Assembly (NCBI RefSeq): GCF_009914755.1
Contig: NC_060927.1
Length of the DNA: 64,000 nt
Direction: 5' to 3' (one strand)
Source of the DNA: the human T2T-CHM13v2.0 reference genome, Homo sapiens
Below, piece by piece: positions 13,501 to 25,715 of this stretch; position 1 is the stretch's first letter, and the number at the start of each line of letters is the position of its first letter. The translations under genes and the position numbers were made by a program. The notes beneath the pieces are model-generated. The model worked only from the letters and a program-made list of their open reading frames with translations. It was not told the origin of the DNA and did not search any database.

Positions 13501-14680
13501 TGAAGAATATATTTTTGTTTATCAGGAAAAAAGAGAGAGTAATTTTGTCTTAAATAATAACTGGTTGATTGTACCAGGGCATGAAAGAAGATAATAAAGA
13601 TGAAAAAAATAAACTTTATTTGCCTGGGTTAAAAAAATCCATAAATAATGAGCTTTAAGGAATGTGTGAAACATTGAAAAAGTTATGTTAAATGTGATGG
13701 ATTTATACATAAGAAAGACCCTTTTCTTAACTGCAAATCATTAGAAAGGTGATTTGAGATTTCCTTGTGTTGAAATGGCCAAGTGAGTTGGTGCCCAGAT
13801 AACATAGGTCTTTTTTGGCACCACAGTATTTGTTAGCTAGCTATACTTTTGACTGATTCTGGAATCACATTTGAAAAAATACCTTAATTTTGAAAATGGT
13901 TAAGTTCTTAATAATTATTATTACTTATTGCTGTTTTTTGTTATGCACATATACAATTGTAGTTGTTAAATATTCTTGAAGCATTAACCCTGTTGTCATT
14001 TTGAAGTGACTCTCTTGTCTCTAGTAATACTCCTTGTCTTGAGGTCTATTTTGCCTGATACTCCAGCTTTCTGATGTTTATTGTTTACATGGTATATCTT
14101 CTTCAAATTTTTTTCTTTTAATTTATTTGTGTCTTTGTATTTAAAATGTGTCATTTGTAGGCAGTGTATACTTGGTTTTTACTCATTTTAATATCATTTT
14201 AATATCACTCATTTTACTCATTTTAATAAAATATCTGCTTTTTGTTTTGACTATTTAGTCCATTTACATTTAATATAATTATTGATATGGATATATTTAG
14301 GTCTGCCATTTTGCTATTTTGTATTTGTCTTATTTATTTGTTGTTTCTCTATTTCTCTTTTTCTGTATTTCCTTCTTTTTGTGTTAACCAAACATTTGTT
14401 AGTTTTATTTATTTTCATGGGTTTCTAGCTATACTAATTTACATCATTTTTTAGAGGTTGCATCTATAACTTATCTCAATATATTTAGAACTAATATTGA
14501 ATTACTTCCTGTAATGTAGAAATTTTGCAACAGTATTTTTCAATTCATTTTCCCCATCCTTAGTACTATTGTTTTAATATATAATTTTATATACTACAAA
14601 CACAATAATACAGTATAATTTGCATTAAATGGTTAGATGTCTTTTAATATATATGTAAATATATAACACATATAGTTATA

Positions 14681-15923
14681 TAGTCATACATTGCTTAACA
14701 ACAGTGATACATTCCAAAAAATGCATCATTAGGTAATTTCAATGTAGTGTTAATATCATAGAGTGTACTCACACAAACCTAGATAGTATGGCCTACACAT
14801 ACACAATGTGGTATGGCTATTGCTGTTACAGGCTACAAACCTGTACAGCATGTTACTGTACTGAATACTGTAGGCAACTGTAACACAATGGTAAATTCTT
14901 GTGTATCTCAACATATCTAAGCATAGAAAAACTACAGTAAAAATACAGTACAAAGTATTTTTTAAAGTGGTACATTGTATATTTTCTGTCACTTACCATG
15001 AATGGAGCTTGCAGGACTGGAAAGTTGCTCTGGGTGAGTCAGTGAATGAGTGGTGAGTGAATGTGAAGGCCTAGGACATTATTATACACTATCGTAGACT
15101 TTATAAACACTGTACACTTAGACTACACTAAATTTGTATAAAATATTTGTATTTCTTCAATAATAAATTGCTTTAGCTTATTGTAACATTTTTACTTTAT
15201 AAAATTTTTAAAGTTTACTTTTAAAAAGTAAAAAGTAAAATTTTTTACTCTTTTGTAATAATACTTAGCTTGAAACACAAATACACTCCGCAGCTGTACA
15301 AAAAATGTCTTTCTTTATATCCTTATTCTATAAGCTTTTCCTATTTTAAACTTTTTTGGCTTTTACTTTTTAAACTTTTTTGTTAAAAACTAAGACACAA
15401 CACACACATATTAGCCTAGGCCTACACAGTGTCAGGATCATCAATATCACTGTCTTCCACCTCCATATCTTGTCCCACTGGAAGGTTGTTAGAAACAATA
15501 GCATTCATGGAGCTGTCATCTCCTATGATAACATTGCCTTCTTCTGAAATATGTCCTAAAGGACCTGCCTGAGGCTGTTTTACAGTTACCTTTTTTTAAT
15601 AAGTAGGAGGAGTACACTCTAAAATAACAATGTAAAAATAGTCTAGTAAATACATAAGCCAGTAACATAATCATTTATTATTTTTATCAAGCATTATGTA
15701 CTGTGCATAATTTTATGTGCTATACTTTTATACAACTGGCAGCACAGTGGACTTGTTTATACCAGCATCACCACAAACACATGAGTAATGAATCGTGTTA
15801 TGATGTTATGATGGCTATGACATCACTAGGTGACAGAAACTTTTCAGCTCCATTATAATTTTACAATACTGTCACATATGTAGTTTGTGGTTGACTTAAA
15901 TATCCTTATGCAACCCATGACTG
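14681..15923 (+). mobile_element. Tigger3/Golem (MER7-type) internally deleted TcMar DNA transposon, about 1.24 kb
   Basis: Terminal (T)AGTCATACATTGCTTAACAAC.. and ..CATGACTG, each flanked by TA; internal CATAGAGTGTACTCACACAAACCTAGAT, GGCTACAAACCTGTACAGCATGTTACTGTACTGAATACTGTAGGCAA. Confidence 0.9.
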
Positions 15924-16138
15924 TACATATATACGCAGATATAAATATATAGATATATACATACACATTATTCATTTTTTTGTTACTTCCTATAGATTTA
16001 GTGTTAATTTCTCTCTAGGCTGAAGAACTCCCTTTAGCATTTCTTATAGAACAAATCTGCTGGCAATAAATTCTCTCATTTTTTTCTATACAAAAATGTC
16101 CTTCTTTTAGGTTTATTTTTAGAGGAGAGTTTCATTGA

Positions 16139-16429
<291 letters not shown>

Positions 16430-17199
16430 TAGGTAATGTGTCATTTTCTTTAGCTATCATAAAAAATTTTCACTTTTATCATTGTAGTTTAACTATAATG
16501 TGCCTAGTTGTAGTTTTCTAGGTAGTTTACTAAGAGTATGTTCTTGTATTTATTCTGTCTGTGATTTGTTAAGCTTCTTGTATCTGTAAATTACTATTTG
16601 TCATAAAGTTTGGAAAGTTTTCATCTATTATTTTAAAAATATTTTGTTCCTTTTTCACCTTGCTTTCCGGGACTGCAATGACATGTATTAGATCATTTCA
16701 TATTATCCCACAGGTCTGTGACGTTCTGTTCACTTTTCTTCAATCTTTTTTCTCTCATCTTTGAAGTGGATAATTTCCATTTATTTATCTTCAAGTTCAC
16801 CGATTCTTTTTTTGCCATCCTCAGTTTTCTGTTGAGCTCATCAGGTATACTTTTCATTTCAGTGGTTGTACTTTCAGCTCATAGATAGATACATAATAGA
16901 TTCCATTTCACTGATAATATTTTTATATTTCACTTATTAAAATTATTTTCCTTTAATTTTTTAAATGTATTTTTCTTTGAGTCTATGAACATATTTTTGA
17001 TAGCTATTTTGATGTCTGTCTGCTAAATCCCACATTTGGTCCCTCTTAAAGACAGTTTCTATTTACTTAGTTTCTTAATGAGTACAGATCACACTTTCCT
17101 TTTTCTTTGCATTTCCATAATTTGACTGAAAACTGAACATTGTAAATAACACATTGTGGCAATTCTGGATTTGGCTGCATCTGAAAATTGTTGGATTTT

Positions 17200-17520
<321 letters not shown>

Positions 17521-17749
17521 TTAGTCAGTTAACATGCCTGGACTAAAACTGCAAAGCTTGAATCCTCCACTGTGTGCTATAGTTATATACATATATATAG
17601 TTATATAGTCATACATTGCTTATCTTGTCTCTGTTCAGTTTTTATGGCTTCTTCCAATGCTTTTTGTTTTTCTGATGCTTTTTTAGCCTGGCCCCCTTAG
17701 GAACTCCAGTGAACCCACGTAATTTGAAGTATCAGAGAGAAAATTAAGC

Positions 17750-18700
17750 AAGGTTCCTCCCCTCAAGCTCAACATTTACTGAGAAAACAAAAAAAAATAA
17801 GTAGGCAGTATCAATATCATCCGACTAATTATTTAATAAAAATATGCAAAGGGCATACAAGTAGTTCAGAGTAGAAAGCACTTAACTCTAAAAGAAACAA
17901 GTGATCCAGGAAAACTTTATAGAGAAGCTGACACCGAGGCTGGATTTTGAAAAGTAAGTAGTAATTCAGAGGTGAATGGAGAAAAAGGACATTTTATATA
18001 AATGGATATCCAAGAGCAGATGAGTATGACAAATCATGACATCCTAACAACAGATTATTTGATGTAGCTAGAGCATAAGGACTTGTGGGTGGGGGGGCAA
18101 AGCTGGAGATTAAAACAGAATGTACATCATAAACAACCTGTATACCAAGTTAAGGGGTAAATGCTTAATCCTGGAGAAGATGATGAGCCACTGAAAGGCT
18201 GTAGGCTATGTTAATGGTGTATTAGGGTAATCCAGATAGGAGACAGTTATAGCATGGTCTAGGACGGTAGGAGAAGAGTGGAAATAAATGAGCAGCCACG
18301 ATGGGTAAAACAAGCAGCAAAATAGAGCTTGGGATGCAGGAGTGGGAGGCAGCAAGGATGACAATAGAGACCTCCACTTAGGCAGCCAGGTAGAGGATAC
18401 AGCCATTTATCCAAGGTAGAAAGTGCAAAAGAAACAGAGCATTGAGGTTGGGGAAGAACAAATAATGTGTTTAGCTTTTGATGTGCTGAGGCCAAGGCAC
18501 TGGGGCAAATCAGAAAATTCTGGCAGGCAGTTGAAAATATAGTCACCAGAATGCTCAGGCAATGCAGTGTATGAGCAAGAGACTCTGGAGAGAGTGTCCA
18601 GATTGAGAAAAGAGATGGTGTGAGAACAACACCTGGGGGACCCTGATACTTAAGGAATGGGCTAAAAAGGCAACTGAAAAGATAAGAAAGAGGAGTTGAT
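17750..18700 (-). mobile_element. L2 LINE relic
   Basis: Purine-rich antisense L2 texture: GATGAGCCACTGAAAGG, GTAATCCAGATAGGAGA, TTTAGCTTTTGATGTGCTGAG, GGCAGGCAGTTGAAAATAT. Confidence 0.7.
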
Positions 18701-19841
18701 GATAGTGTATATGGTAGAGGTAGTCATAGGACTAAAGATAGTAGCATCTCTTACTACAGATACCTTATCTGGCTTCAATCTTGAGAAGGGCTGGCCTCAG
18801 CTACATCTTTTTCCGTACTTCTCATTGGTCCCTCTAACTATTGCCCCTAATCTAGACTGTATGTCAGAACCCTCCCCTTATGAATTAATTAGAAAATTCC
18901 TAATAGATACATTATTCCCAGAGGTGTTATTGTATTACTAGCAACTTTGGTCCAGTTGTAAATTGATTGTACTTATTGAAGCATAGCAAAACAGTCCCCT
19001 GGCAACTTCACTCCATCCATCAAATGTCATTATGAGGTACCGGTGATGGAGGCCCACAGAGTCCCAGGGTCAGGCTCATTAGCCAGAGCATCCTTCAGTC
19101 TAATTCTCTATGAACTTCCCATAATAGCCTTCTCCACAGGGTCCCTAGGTCCTGGGCCCAGGTAAGGGAAATAGTATGTCCTGACAAAGATTAATCAATT
19201 GGAAATTCCTGCACTTCTCAGGAATCCAAAAGTGGAGGGATTTTTCTGCTCTAACAAACACATATATGTACACATGCAAAACAGCATGAGAAGTACATTT
19301 AAACAGGGAAAAGACTGGGTGTGGATTTGGACAAATGTTCCCTATGGATCCAGAATTCCTTTATCTCAGTAATTCCAACTTGCATGAATTTCCGAACTGA
19401 AAAAAAAGATATGTACTCCAAGGGAAAAATTAATTACTAACAGCAATCAAAGGTTAAGTGCTGATGCATGTTATCTTTCTTAAATTTCAGAAGACATATC
19501 CATAATTTACAACCAAAGAGAAAGGTTTAGGTTAATATTTGAATAATCCTGAATTGGAAGCAGGAGAATAAATTTGGAAGTAAGAACAGGGGTGTTGGAA
19601 AGAGGATGGAGAAGGAGAGACTGGAGATGGTGGTGCAGAGGAAGGAAGCAGAAGCCAGATGGAATTTTAATGGAACTTGTCGTTCTCATGAAGACTCAGG
19701 GTGCCTAAGGCCAGAAAAGATTTTGAAGCAAGATTTGATGACAGAGCTTAATATATGCCTATCACTTGCCATAATTACACTATGATTTAATCTACAGGTT
19801 CAATATCTCAGAAGTATCTTTACCCCTCCAAAGATCTGAAG

Positions 19842-19875
19842 CTGCATTTGGGGTATGCTGCCACTAGATGGCAAT
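19842..19875 (+). promoter_or_regulatory. Candidate CTCF binding site (core plus upstream module)
   Basis: CCACTAGATGGCA (19861-19873) fits the CCASYAGRKGGCR core; CTGCATT lies upstream at the expected spacing. Confidence 0.6.
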
Positions 19876-20809
19876 TAGTGCCTTGATCTCCAGCGGGGCA
19901 ATGCCAAAGAATAAACAGCATGCATGTCCACATGTAATCCTTAAGAAAAAGAAAAAGGAAAAGAAAAAACAAAGCTCATCTATGATATATTCTGGTCAGA
20001 AACGTTTAATTTGAATCAAGTTTTTAAATGTAACTATATAGAATATACAAAAGATATGGGAACAAGCTAATGATTTCCAGGAAGAAATATCCAGATGAAT
20101 CTAAATAGGACAATTTGCAGGACACTGATCTGGGTCTCTTCAAAATAATAATATCATGGGGAAGGGAACTGGTCTAGAGATTAAGACACTTGAGGAATAT
20201 AACATCCAGATATAATGTATGGTCCTGGGTTATGTCCTGGGTTGGACAAAGCTACTTTAATTTGGGGGAGGGGGGATAATTAGGGAAATGTGAATATGTA
20301 TGTTATTTAGAAGTATTATTTACTTGTTAAATAAAATAGTGTTATTTTGGCTATGTAGTAAAAAAACTTTAATGCATAATGCATTCATTAGAACTTTAAT
20401 TTTGTTCTAATGAAACTAATGAAATAATGAAAGTGAGTCAATGTCCACCTGCTATGCCCAGAACACCCAGCCTCCTTTCCCGGCTCTGTGCTCACTCACA
20501 GGCTCTATTTTTTTTTTTTCTCCATGCTGTGGCTGATATAGTCTTCTGGTTTACAAAGATGAGCATTCACAGCTGAATGTTTCTGGATCCTCAGTTTGAT
20601 CCAGCTTACTTACTCTCTTGGTTCTGACCCACTGTGCCCCTTAGCCACCATTCCCGGATTTCTGTGGCTTGGCTGTAACAATCTGCCCTTTTCCCCAGAC
20701 TGATGAGCAGTGAGGCTGTCTCCTGCCAGCAGCTTGTCAGTACCTCCCCCTGCAAGAAGCCCTCTGTGTCCCAAGCTGCCTGCCTGCAGCTAGCTTGACC
20801 TGCCCTTCA

Positions 20810-21080
20810 GAAATCGTAGCATAAAACATAGTCATTGAGAGGGCAGGCACTGGAGCTAGACTGAAAAGGTCTGAATCTCACTGGTTAGGATCTTGGGCAA
20901 GTTATTCAATCTCTATGTGCCTTGGTCTTGTCATCTGCAAAATGGGGATGATGACTTTACCTGCCTCATAGGGATGCTGTGAAGATACATGATTCAAAAA
21001 ATTTAACACTTTTAAGACAGCCCTTGACACGTCATGAGGTGCTCATTTGCCGCTAGTCATTATTAAATGTTAGCTATTCT
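20810..21080 (+). mobile_element. MIR SINE
   Basis: GATCTTGGGCAAGTTATTCAATCTCTATGTGCCT..TCATCTGCAAAATGGGGATGATG..ACCTGCCTCATAGGG. Confidence 0.88.
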
Positions 21081-21149
21081 TGTGTGAGATACTAATTATG
21101 TAACAGGTATAACCCATGTGACACCTTGGGGCTACAAATATGGTCTCAT

Positions 21150-21567
21150 TCTGATTTAACTGGCCCCATATTTCTGTCACATTTTACATCATTGTGACGC
21201 CCCTTGTTGGATTCTAGCCTCATCAGTCTTGGGCCAGTTCCTAGAATATCCACCTCTTTTTGCTCCCAGGCTATCATAATAAATTCCTTTTACCTGGGAT
21301 GCTTTTCACATGGCTGACTCTTTCTCATCTTAAATCTCACCTCCCCCTTCATCAGGCTACACACATCCTACCATGTAAAGTGGCCCCACCCTACCCACCT
21401 ATCACATCTCTGTGTTCTTTTTTTAAAAATCATTATTTATTTATTTACCTTGCTTAGTTTCCACCTCTGCTCATAAAGATTAGCTTCACTTCATTCACTC
21501 TGTCACCCCAGGTGACAGAGGGCTTGGCATACGGAAGAACTCTGTGAATAGTTGTTGAATAAATGGA
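21150..21567 (+). mobile_element. L2 3' end
   Basis: TTCCTTTTACCTGGGATGCT, TGGCTGACTCTTTCTCATC, terminal AATAGTTGTTGAATAAATG. Confidence 0.7.
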
Positions 21568-21939
21568 CAAGTTAGAAAGGCCACCCAAGTCATTCTGAGC
21601 AAATGTTTAAAGAAAAGGTGATGATGTTCCCTAGTCAAAGAAGCAGTGGATATGGGTGTCTTTTAAATGGCGTTTTCTCTTCCTTGGAAAAAAAAAAAAA
21701 AAAGGTAACATTTTGCTCTATCAGCCACACCACTACAAGTTTGAAAACAATAATAATTATAGTAATAACTAGAATGGAAGCCAGAGATAACATAATTCAA
21801 AGGAGATATAAAGACAAAAATGACTAAAGAATAGAGAAGTAGCAGAATATGACATGGTAGGAAAAAAGAAAAACTAGCCAGGTAGATCTTAGAGACCAGG
21901 AGCTTACACCATATTGGGGAGTCTTTTTAAAGAGAACAA

Positions 21940-23175
21940 AATAAAATGGCAAATAGGCATATGAAAAGGTGCTCAACATCACTGATCATCAGAGAAATGG
22001 AAATCAAAACTGCATTGAGCTATCATCTCACCCAGTTAAAACAGCTTTTATCCAAAAGATAGGCAATAACAAATGCTTGCAAGGATATGGAGAAAAGAAA
22101 GCCCTCATGTACTGTTCACAGGAATGTAAATTAGTACAACTACTATGGAGAACAGTCTGGAGTTCCTCAAGAAACTAAAAATAGAACTACCATACAATCC
22201 AGCTATCTCACTGTTGGGTATATGCCCCCAAAAAAGGAAATCAATATATTGAAGAGATATCTGCACTCCCTCCTATGTTTGTTACAGCACTGTTCACAAT
22301 AGTTAAGATTTGGAGGAAACCTAAGTGTCCATCAACAGATGTATTAACCCGTTTTCACATCAATGATGGAGACATACCCTAGACTGGCAATTCACAAAAG
22401 AAAGAAGTTTAATGGAGTTACAGTTCCACATGACTGGGGAGGCCTCAAAATCATGGCAGAAGGCAAGTAAGAGGACCACGTCTTACGTGAATGGCGGCAG
22501 GCAAAGACGGAGAGCTTATGCAGGGGAACTCCCCCTTTTTAAAACCATCAGATTTTATGAGACTTATTCACTAGTGTGAGCACAAGAAAGACCAACCCCC
22601 ATGATTCAATTACCTCCCACAGGGTTCCTCCCATGACACGCGGGAATTGTCGGAGTTACAATTCAAGATGAGATTTGGATGGGAACACAGCCAAACCATA
22701 TCAACAGATGAATGGATAAAAAAAAAGTGTTGTAAATATACACAATGGAGTACTATTCAGCCATAAAAAAAGAATGAGATCCTGTCATTTGCAATGAAAT
22801 GGATGGAACTGGAGATCATTGATGTTAAGTGAAATAAGCCGGGCACAGAAATTCAAACATCACATGTTCTCACTTATTTGTGGGATCTAAAAATCAAAAC
22901 AATTGAATTCGTGGACATAGAGATTAGAAGGATGATTACCAGAGGCTGGGAGGGGTAGCTGGGAGTTTGGGAGGTAGGGAGTGGGGACGGTTAATGGGTA
23001 CAAAGAACAGAAAGAATAAGACCTACTCTTTGATAGCACAACAGGGTAACTATAGTCAATAATAACTAAATTGTACATTTTTAAATAACTCAAAGAATGT
23101 AATTGGATTGTTTGTAACACAAAGGATAAATGCCTGAAGGGATGGATAACCCATTCTCCATGATGTGATTACTAT
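21940..23175 (+). mobile_element. L1MA-type 3' portion
   Basis: ATGAAAAGGTGCTCAACATCACTGATCATCAGAGAAATG..GGAATGTAAATTAGTACAAC..GATAGCACAACAGGGTAACTATAGTCAATAATAAC. Confidence 0.92.
22340..22703 (-). mobile_element. THE1 (ERVL-MaLR) solo LTR inserted in L1MA
   Basis: TGTATTAACCCG...CACAGCCAAACCATATCA; 5-bp TSD ACAGA at 22335-22339 and 22704-22708. Confidence 0.95.
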
Positions 23176-23573
23176 GGATCCTACTGAGAAATTTTCATGG
23201 CCAAAGACAGCTGGAAACATGACTTTTTTCAGTCTCCATTCCTAACTCTTTCCACACTAGTCAATTTTATTTAGACAGTGGACTATTTTATTTTATCACA
23301 TTGTCTATTTTATATCCAAGTAATTAGAATGTAGAATGCTCTTCAAATGGCAAGTGGACAAAAAGAAACATCACAATGTAATTGTCCCTAGCATTGAGTT
23401 ATGAAATAACGAAGCCCTGAATCATGTAGTATACTTGAATTCAGGTCTCCAAATCCTGCATTACAGACAGGCAGGCTGCATCTCAGGACCATTTTCAATA
23501 TTGAAAATGGGGGCCAGAAGAATGAAGACAAACAAATACTATGCCAATTTTTTGAAAAGTAGAAAGGCATATT

Positions 23574-23898
23574 CACAGGGACATGGATGAAGCTGGAAGC
23601 CATCATTCTCAGCAAACACATGAACAGAAAACCAAACACCGCATGTTCTCACTCATAAGTGGGAGCTGAGCAATGAGAACACATGGACACAAGGAGGGAA
23701 ACATCACACACCGGGGACTGTTGGGTGGTGGGGGCAAGGGGAGGGAGAGCATTAGGACAAATACCTAATGCATGCAGTGCTTAAAACCTAGATGACGGGT
23801 TGATAGGTACAGAAAACCACCATGGCACATGTATACCTATGTAACAAACCTGCACATTCTGCACACTTTTCTCAGAACTTAAAGTAACATTTTTTTTA
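23574..23898 (+). mobile_element. L1PA7/8-like 3' end fragment
   Basis: ACATGGATGAAGCTGGAAGCCATCATTCTCAGCAAAC..GCTTAAAACCTAGATGACGGGTTGATAGG; imperfect TSD AAAGGCA(T/C)ATT. Confidence 0.93.
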
Positions 23899-24339
23899 AA
23901 AAGGCACATTTAAGTATCTACAGACCAATAAACTTGTCATGATATACAGATGGAGTCTAGGGAAGTGACACTAGCCCTGTAAAGTGTACATTTCAGTGCA
24001 TCTCTTTTGTTCTACAATTGCAGTCTTGGTGTTGTATAAATCCAGACATGTTTGTGTAACTTCACATAGGTATCAGGAAGCTTCTACCAGTTACTACGCA
24101 CAGAGGACACAACAATGAATGAAAATCCACAGCCCTTCTAGATTGGAAGCCAAGTATCCCAGACTAGAAGAATTTTTATGAGGAAGATTTGAAAATAGCA
24201 ACCATAAAGTTGACCTTAAAAAAAAAATCCATCAAGCAGAACAAAAGAGTTTACAAACAAAAGGGCACAGAGCTCTATCCCTGGAGTCACCAAGATCAAG
24301 GAAAATGCTAGAGACTCCTCCATATCTACCTTTTGATAG

Positions 24340-25715
24340 TGTCTGGAATTCGTGGGTTCTTGGTCTCACCTGACTTCAAGAATGAAGCCGCGGATCCTAG
24401 CGGTGAGTGTTAGAGTTCTTAAAGGCGGCGTGTCCGGAGTTTGTTCCTTCTGATGTTCAGATGTGTTTGGAGTTTCTTCCTTCTGGTAGGTTCGTGGTCT
24501 CACTGGCTCAGGAGTGAAGCTGCAGACCTTCGCGGTGAGTGTTACAGCTTTTAAGGCGGGGCGTCTGGAGTTGTTCGTTCCTTCCCGTGGTCTCTCTGGC
24601 TTCAGGAGTGAAGCTACAGACCTTCACAGAGAGTGTTACAGCTCATAAAGGCAGCGTGGACCCAAAAAGTGAGCAGCAGCAAGATTTATCGCAAAGAGCC
24701 AAAGAACAAAGCCTTCACAATGCAGAAGGGCACCCCAACCGGTTGCTACTGCTAGCTCAGGCAGCCCGATTTTGTTCTTAGCTGGCCCCACCCACATCCT
24801 GCTGATTGGTCCATTTTACAGAGAGCCGATTGGTCTGTTTTACAGAGAGCTGATTGGCCCACTTTGACAGGGTGCTGATTGGTGCATTTCCAATCCCTGA
24901 GCTAGACACAAAAGTTCTCCACCTCCCCACTAGATTAGCTAGATACAGAGTGCTGATTGGTGCATTCACAAACCCTTAGCTAGACACAGAGTGCCGATTG
25001 GTGCATTTACAAACCCTTAGCTAGACATAAAGATTCCCCAATTCCCAGTAGACTTAGGAGCCCAGCTGGCTTCACCTGGTGGATCTCCCATCAGGGCGGC
25101 AGGTGGAGCTGCCTGCCAGTCTGGCGCTGTCCGCCCGCACTCCTTAGCCCTTGGGCGGTTGATGGGACTGGGTGCCATGAAGCAAGGGGCAGCGCTAGTC
25201 CGGGACCGGGTGCCATGGAGCAGGGGGCAGCACTAGTCCGGGAGGCTCAGGCCGTGCAGGAGCCCACGGCAGGGGGTGGGGGAGACTCAGGCATGGCGGG
25301 CTGCAGGTCCCGAGCCCTGCCCCGTGGGGAGGCAGCTAAGGCCCAGCGAGAAATCAAGCGCAGCTCCGGTGGGCCGGCACTGATGGGGGACCCGGTGCAC
25401 CCTCCGCAGCTGCTAGCCCGGGTGCTAAACCCCTCACTGCCCGCTCCTAGTGCGGGGCCGCCAAGCCCACGTCCACCCGGAACTCTAGCTGGCCCACAAG
25501 CGCCGTGTGCAGCCCCGGTTCTCGTCCACGCCTCTCCTTCCACACCTCCCTGCAAGCTGAGGGAGCCAGCTCTGGCCTCGGCCATCCCAGGAAGGGACTG
25601 CCCCAGTGCAGTGGCGGGCTGAAGGGCTCCTCAAGCGCCGCCAGAGTGGGCGCCCAGGCAGAGGAGGCGCTGAGATGAGAGCCAGCGAGGGCTGCCAGCA
25701 TGCTGTCACCTCTCA
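24340..25715 (-). mobile_element. LTR12 (ERV9, LTR12C/D-like) solo LTR
   Basis: TGTCTGGAATTCGTGGGTTCTTGG...GCATGCTGTCACCTCTCA; repeated GATTGG (CCAAT) units, CpG-rich U3; flanks ATAG/ATAT (imperfect 4-bp TSD). Confidence 0.96.

Noticed and set aside
19140-19161. 22-nt micro-exon (TTCTCCACAG | ... CAG|GTAAGG)
   Set aside because: Short pyrimidine tract with an AG just upstream, not frame-preserving, and no host gene evident; plausibly chance.
25050-25715. CpG-rich region with ORFs of 74-135 aa as a gene promoter or exon
   Set aside because: Entirely within the LTR12 U3; the ORFs reflect high GC content.
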